DNA from: a virus
Virus record (IMG/VR): IMGVR_UViG_3300025405_000011
Coordinates: 32,001 to 96,000 of that record
Reading direction: 5' to 3' (one strand)
Length of the DNA stretch: 64,000 nucleotides
The position numbers and the translations under genes are program-made. Each line of letters begins with the position of its first letter. The first letter of the stretch is position 1. Positions 59,236-64,000 of this stretch are shown here, piece by piece. The notes beneath the pieces are model-generated. The model saw nothing but the letters and a program-made list of their open reading frames with translations, had not been told where the DNA came from and made no database searches.

Positions 59236-59523
59236 TTAGAATCCTCTCTGAGTTGTATTGTACTGACCAGCTTGATAAACAAAACCACCAAGGTTTTGAC
59301 TACCGTAACCAGTGGCTTCTGGGTCTACTGTAAGTACATTATAGGTTTGTGGTAGCCATGGGTAAAACCAGTTAGTATTAGAATAGGTCAAAGTATCTTG
59401 ATCTGCATCAACCACAATCCCTACGGGACCAGCTGACTTTACTGGCTCGGCCTTGAGTTCAGAGACAGCCTTTTTTGGGGCCTCTGTCTCAATTACATTT
59501 GTGTTTACTGTCTCTTCGCTCAA
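59236..59523 (-). CDS. Hypothetical virion protein
   Basis: 95 aa; AAGGAG RBS before a TTG start. Confidence 0.6.
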   Translation of the reverse strand: MSEETVNTNVIETEAPKKAVSELKAEPVKSAGPVGIVVDADQDTLTYSNTNWFYPWLPQTYNVLTVDPEATGYGSQNLGGFVYQAGQYNTTQRGF

Positions 59524-59541
59524 TTTAAGCTCCTTGTAGAA

Positions 59542-59557
59542 CGGGAGCGGGCTCCCG
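59542..59557 (-). terminator. Short GC hairpin, putative terminator
   Basis: CGGGAGC-CC-GCTCCCG followed by TTCT, just after the stop at 59562. Confidence 0.5.
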
Positions 59558-59561
59558 ATTA

Positions 59562-60116
59562 TTATTTAAGGTTTTGCGGTTTATTAGAGTCACCCCAGAT
59601 TTGAGCTGGAGTTTGTCCTGGTCCCTTAGGTTCTGCTTCATCAGGCAATGAAATTTTGTACATTCCATTGTTCTCACTGGCAGTTGGTCCAAGAGACTCC
59701 ATAAGGTGATTCAAGTGATTTTCACTTTCACTTGACTCATCTGCGAGTTCATTAATTCTATTCATGGCATCATCATCATTCAAGAAGCGAATCTTACCAC
59801 GTTGTACTGCTCGAAGAATAAAAGGATCTCTTCTAAGTGCTTCATCAATAGTTTGTACACTACCGTGTAGACCGTTAGCCTTAAGTTTAAAGCTACCTTT
59901 AGGACTACTAAATACTGTACTAGCTGTTGTTAGATTCTCAATCCAACCACCGGTTTCTACATCCTGCATTCCTTTAAAAGCAGTTGGAACTGGTGTTCTG
60001 GCTGCTGCTAAGTCTTGTGGATCTGCCTTGTGATCTTCGATGTAACCGTCCTCATAGGGGACTGCTACTGGAACACTTTGACCGTTATCTCCGGATCGTG
60101 ATACTGTTTTTGCCAT
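59562..60116 (-). CDS. Conserved post-capsid protein
   Basis: Follows the MCP; IENLT...G..GSVQ.....L.RDP...RA..RGKI. Confidence 0.6.
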   Translation of the reverse strand: MAKTVSRSGDNGQSVPVAVPYEDGYIEDHKADPQDLAAARTPVPTAFKGMQDVETGGWIENLTTASTVFSSPKGSFKLKANGLHGSVQTIDEALRRDPFILRAVQRGKIRFLNDDDAMNRINELADESSESENHLNHLMESLGPTASENNGMYKISLPDEAEPKGPGQTPAQIWGDSNKPQNLK

Positions 60117-60229
60117 TTTATTTTCCTATCTTCAAGGGAGACTTTTTTTATCTCCTAAATAGGTACGAGATATTCATACCTAGTTGTTACATCAAGGGTA
60201 TTTCTTTACTACAAAAATTTTACAACTTA

Positions 60230-60264
60230 GTGGAGCTTGAGCCATTTATAGACCCAAGCTCCAC
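60230..60264 (-). terminator. Long hairpin after the major capsid gene
   Basis: GTGGAGCTTGGGTC-TATAAAT-GGCTCAAGCTCCAC: 14-bp stem with two G.U pairs, weak U-tract. Confidence 0.65.
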
Positions 60265-60282
60265 CAAATGTAAATGTTAAGA

Positions 60283-61296
60283 CTAAGCCTTAACGATCTT
60301 ACCAAGACCACGTGGGTTCAATACGATCTCTGAAACGAGCTCGTCCATTACCCATCCCTTGTGGAACTTCTCAGGGGTGTGGTTCTCTTCTACATCGAGT
60401 GAGTACATAACTGGGAATACACCGAGGAACTCTGGTGATGGAGTCATGTAAACTGTTCCCTGTGGAACTTCGATTGAACGCTGTACTTGGAAGCCACCGA
60501 ACTGAACAATACGCTCACCGGCAACAACACGGTCCTTAAAGGCCCAACCTGTTTGGTTAATGTCCCACTTGTAGAGGTCACGGTAGTCGATTGGGTTAAA
60601 CAAAAGACGACTGGCTTCCAACTGGTGGACTTCAATCAATGCTACGAGGTCATAGAGCGAATCAGGAGTAATGTATCCTGAAAGTTCGTTAACTACGTGG
60701 TTAGGTGATACTGTGTGGTTAGGGTCGACAGCATAGTTGTTAATTGCAGCTTCAAGAACTGTAATTAGACGAGCGTCTTCCTGCATCATAATAGCCTGCT
60801 TGGACATGTCCTGAGCATATTCTACGATGTTAACACGCAAGTACCATAGGTCTTCCTTCTTAATTTGAGGGAATGTAGCGATACGGAACAAACGGACCGG
60901 AACCTTCTTACCTTCGAATGGAGTAACGCGGACTTCGCCTTCGTTACCACTCAAGATGTAGGCCTGACCATATTCGTCAAGTACGTCGTACATAACTGGT
61001 ACACCAGGTGTTAGTGGATCTTCCAGAAGAACGTTACGAGTCATACCTTGGTAACGAAGCTTAAGCTGGATAGGACCAATCATACCCTGACCAAGACGAA
61101 CCATGTAGTTGTCCTTGTCGGCGAGGATTCCAGCAAGACGACGCTGCTTTTCCTCACGGGTGGCTGTCTTACGACCAGTTGCAGCAGCGAGACGCTCTTG
61201 AGCCTCTACAATGTTTGCAACATAATCATCAGACTTCTTTGCGGTACGAGGAGCCAAGTGTTCAGCTACTGCACCATTAGGAGTGATTGAACTCAT
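60283..61296 (-). CDS. Major capsid protein (Bxz1/E3-like)
   Basis: KSDDYVA, MIGPIQL.LRYQG..RNVLLED.LTPGVP, FRIA.FPQIKKEDL, WDIN.TGWAFKD, PEFLGVFPVMYSLDVEE match my recall of cluster C mycobacteriophage MCP. Confidence 0.92.
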   Translation of the reverse strand: MSSITPNGAVAEHLAPRTAKKSDDYVANIVEAQERLAAATGRKTATREEKQRRLAGILADKDNYMVRLGQGMIGPIQLKLRYQGMTRNVLLEDPLTPGVPVMYDVLDEYGQAYILSGNEGEVRVTPFEGKKVPVRLFRIATFPQIKKEDLWYLRVNIVEYAQDMSKQAIMMQEDARLITVLEAAINNYAVDPNHTVSPNHVVNELSGYITPDSLYDLVALIEVHQLEASRLLFNPIDYRDLYKWDINQTGWAFKDRVVAGERIVQFGGFQVQRSIEVPQGTVYMTPSPEFLGVFPVMYSLDVEENHTPEKFHKGWVMDELVSEIVLNPRGLGKIVKA

Positions 61297-61328
61297 TATG
61301 GATATTTCCTTTCTTTACCAGTAACTAA

Positions 61329-61853
61329 CTAGTTCTGTGGGTTAACGTTGTTAACGAGGCGAATAACGATCTGTGTTGGACTAACAACATCGATCAATTC
61401 AGCAACGACTACACCGTATTGGTTACTACCAGAAACACTTGTAAGAGCACCTGGGTTAACAGAGCTAGCATACAGGAACTGACGTGATCCGTTAGTTGGA
61501 ACCGTGTAAGCCGCTGCAGTGTCGAATGCTGGAGCACCGATGGTGAAGAAAGCATTGCTTCCTCCGAGCCATACAGCCCAAGCATTTACACCAACTTGAC
61601 TAATGTCGTCAATGTTAGGGTTACGGTCCAAGCATGAGAGTCCAAATGGTTGTGCAGCTGTACTTGTGCAAGCAGCTCCACCCAAAAGGGCCACTGTATC
61701 CGGGCCAGTCTTAGCCATGATCATACCAGAGTAAACGTTACCGGTCTCTGCTGGATCAAGGAATGTGTTGTATGGTGTAGCCTCGTACTTTTCGTACAAT
61801 GGAGTGCACGTACGGTGTACCCCAACGTTTGCTACGCTATTAAGTTGCAGCAT
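61329..61853 (-). CDS. Capsid decoration / minor capsid protein
   Basis: RT..PLY...EATPY..FLDP...PFGL...AVW...APAFD; directly before the MCP. Confidence 0.75.
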   Translation of the reverse strand: MLQLNSVANVGVHRTCTPLYEKYEATPYNTFLDPAETGNVYSGMIMAKTGPDTVALLGGAACTSTAAQPFGLSCLDRNPNIDDISQVGVNAWAVWLGGSNAFFTIGAPAFDTAAAYTVPTNGSRQFLYASSVNPGALTSVSGSNQYGVVVAELIDVVSPTQIVIRLVNNVNPQN

Positions 61854-61883
61854 AATTTATTTCTCCTTAGTAGGGGATTGTGG

Positions 61884-63161
61884 TTAAAGTGTCATCAACC
61901 AATCGTCAGACAAAAGGTCCTGACGAGTAACTGATGAGGCCGTCGTCATACGACCCATTTCGGGCAAACGGTTGTTACCGCTGGCCACTTTTTGGCTCCG
62001 AGGCTGACGGGCCCCAGACTCTTCGAGCATATCGAGACTAGCTTTAAATCCTTCAAGCTTAGAATCTGACATTTGCTCAAACTTTGCGATGTGCTTAGCA
62101 CGGTCATTATTGTTGACCATTCCAAGCTTCTCGAGACGCTCTACAACTTGTAGGGCTTCAAAAATCTTTTCACGACTGGCCTGTACGGCAGCAACCGTTC
62201 CTTGATACCCAACGAGTGCAGGGTTAGTGCCATCGAAAGGCCAAGGGTTGTTGTCATCGTCGACCTGAGGAGTCTTACCAGTTTCGGCTCCGTCGTTGTA
62301 GTAGTCTACATAACCGGCATCTTCTCCGTTTACATTTTCAGCTACTTCCACATTTGTTATGTGGTCAGGAGTCATTGCATCTTCTTTGGTAAAGTGACTG
62401 CCCGAATCATCCAAGTCACGAACGTCAGTTACCTGAAGTGTCTCTTGGTTACCGTTAGTAGCAATACGCTTTTCACGTTCTGCAATACGATCGGCAATAG
62501 TTTCTGTCTTAGAAGCAGTGGCTTTCATGGCATCATCTTCGTCATTGTCACTCTTATCTTTCTCCATCATAGCATCTGCACTATCTGCAGCAACCTTATT
62601 AATGGTTTCGGTCAAACTTTCGAGTGCCTTAAGGTCTTCGTAGGCTTGCTTATAGTTAGAAGTAACTACTAGTTCGTTCTCAATGTCGTTAACAATACCG
62701 GCAATAGTACCTACAGTGTGTACTAGATCTTGCTCGGTAGAAGCTGTTCTTACAAAATCATTGGCTTCTGCAGCAGCAGTAAAGAGACCCGAGAAGTCAA
62801 AGTCTTGTTGAGCATCAATAGCATCACGAATTTCACGACTAGCCTTATAGACCGAGTAGAGACTTTCTTCTACAGCAGCATACTGTGGTCCCTTTACAGT
62901 GTAGACTGCACTAGAACCAGGTCCACCAACAACATCAGTGTCCACTGAATCAAGATCAGTTACATCAATTGCTGATCCACCTGGGTCTCCGGCTTTCCAA
63001 TCATCAAGCTCCTCAGCTACAGGAAGTTGATCCGGAAGAATAGCTCCCGGGAAAGGGTTAGTAGTTTGGTCATAGTGCTCACCAGTTGTTGGCTTTGGTG
63101 CACCACTCTGTTGCCAAGCATTTTCTGCTGTCTTAGTTAGCTCGTTGTCGAATCGACTCAT
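61884..63161 (-). CDS. Scaffolding / prohead core protein
   Basis: Acidic low-complexity and coiled-coil protein with repeated DV.DLD; upstream of decoration protein and MCP. Confidence 0.65.
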   Translation of the reverse strand: MSRFDNELTKTAENAWQQSGAPKPTTGEHYDQTTNPFPGAILPDQLPVAEELDDWKAGDPGGSAIDVTDLDSVDTDVVGGPGSSAVYTVKGPQYAAVEESLYSVYKASREIRDAIDAQQDFDFSGLFTAAAEANDFVRTASTEQDLVHTVGTIAGIVNDIENELVVTSNYKQAYEDLKALESLTETINKVAADSADAMMEKDKSDNDEDDAMKATASKTETIADRIAEREKRIATNGNQETLQVTDVRDLDDSGSHFTKEDAMTPDHITNVEVAENVNGEDAGYVDYYNDGAETGKTPQVDDDNNPWPFDGTNPALVGYQGTVAAVQASREKIFEALQVVERLEKLGMVNNNDRAKHIAKFEQMSDSKLEGFKASLDMLEESGARQPRSQKVASGNNRLPEMGRMTTASSVTRQDLLSDDWLMTL

Positions 63162-63163
63162 CG

Positions 63164-63805
63164 CTACTCCTGTTCTTCGTCGGAGCCTTTTTGGCCCTCT
63201 TGCTTGTTCTTAAAAAACTTTTGCTCTGCACTATCTCTTAATGCGTTCATGCCTCTGGTAATTTCAGCGTCACGAACCACACTAACATCATCTAGTTCAT
63301 CACTGCCTAGACTTTGATCTGCGGAAGACTTCTTATTGTTTAGTTTATCTTGTTGCTTTTTGATTTTAACTCCGGCAGGACTTAAAAATCTAAACTTTTT
63401 GCTCTTTAAAAGCTTTTCACTAGGACCAATAAAAGTAGTATTGATGTCTAGTTGAAGCTTAGGGTTAGCATAATCTTTGACACATTGATCATCATCGCAA
63501 CTAATGGCATCTTCATCCATTTTGTGCCCACAAGGACCCTTGATCTTTTTTACCTTCTTTTGAGTATTTTCAAACAACATATCAGCAAAAGAAAATCTTG
63601 CTGCTGCTGCTTTCATACCTTGAGACTGTTGCCAGGCTTGTATTGCCTGTAATACTTCTTCAGCAATATACTGACAATCTTCACAAACTCCATTACGATA
63701 AGCATTGCCTTGGCACTGTGGACAATCTCCAAGAATAGTAATGTTAAGTCTCATGACTTCCATTGCTATTTTTTCTAGGTCAGAAGATACTTTTAGAATT
63801 GGCAT
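63164..63805 (-). CDS. Zn-ribbon prohead-associated protein
   Basis: CPQC...GVCEDC; coupled to the protease stop. Confidence 0.6.
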   Translation of the reverse strand: MPILKVSSDLEKIAMEVMRLNITILGDCPQCQGNAYRNGVCEDCQYIAEEVLQAIQAWQQSQGMKAAAARFSFADMLFENTQKKVKKIKGPCGHKMDEDAISCDDDQCVKDYANPKLQLDINTTFIGPSEKLLKSKKFRFLSPAGVKIKKQQDKLNNKKSSADQSLGSDELDDVSVVRDAEITRGMNALRDSAEQKFFKNKQEGQKGSDEEQE

Positions 63806-63999
63806 TAATTAACCATTCTTTTCTGTAGCAACCAAGCACTTTCGTCGGCCGGTTCGAATACAAAACTTAACTCGAAGAAGTTAGGCTTTACACACGATTC
63901 GTAAACCAAAGACTCAATTCTCTTTCCCTGTTTATAAACCGTTACTGTACGTCCCTTTAATGCCGGGATGTGTGTACAATATTCTGCAGGCTTGCTAGC
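63805..63999 (-). CDS. Capsid maturation (prohead) protease, C-terminal part
   Basis: Hand translation ...YCTHI...VYESCVKPNFFELSFVFEPADESAW...; FxExSxVxxPA protease motif. Confidence 0.8.
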   Translation of the reverse strand, partial: ASKPAEYCTHIPALKGRTVTVYKQGKRIESLVYESCVKPNFFELSFVFEPADESAWLLQKRMVN

Positions 64000-64000
64000 A

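Noticed and set aside
1453-63652. All plus-strand ORFs in the track
   Set aside because: Short, antisense to well-supported minus-strand genes, and without recognisable motifs.

Overview
This window is part of a large, AT-rich tailed phage genome (about 38-40% GC by eye). Every credible gene lies on the minus strand. The major capsid protein, the sheath/tube/chaperone/tape-measure/baseplate order, WhiB and an Rpf domain point to a Bxz1/E3-like myovirus of Actinobacteria. In transcription order (right to left) it contains: prohead protease end, scaffold, decoration protein and major capsid protein; an unusual 20 kb fibre block; neck, tail and baseplate genes; a SNF2 helicase and an Rpf-like enzyme; a modification cluster (two glycosyltransferases, DNA methyltransferase, two 2OG-Fe(II) oxygenases, sulfotransferase); tRNA-Arg; a GC-richer island with a proteasome/HslV-like protein; uvsE; and a panD / triple-amidoligase / methyltransferase operon running off the left edge. 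The strongest leads are: (1) a pervasive Ser-Gly motif in virion surface proteins, a candidate glycosylation sequon for the phage's own enzymes; (2) a 42-Cys insertion with mirror-symmetric Cys blocks, suggesting a disulfide-laddered hairpin; (3) the panD-amidoligase operon; (4) a 1770-aa polybasic repeat protein; (5) strong CTAG over-representation; (6) an unexplained structured intergenic RNA. All family calls are from motif recognition and recall. No searches were run, and counts are by eye.
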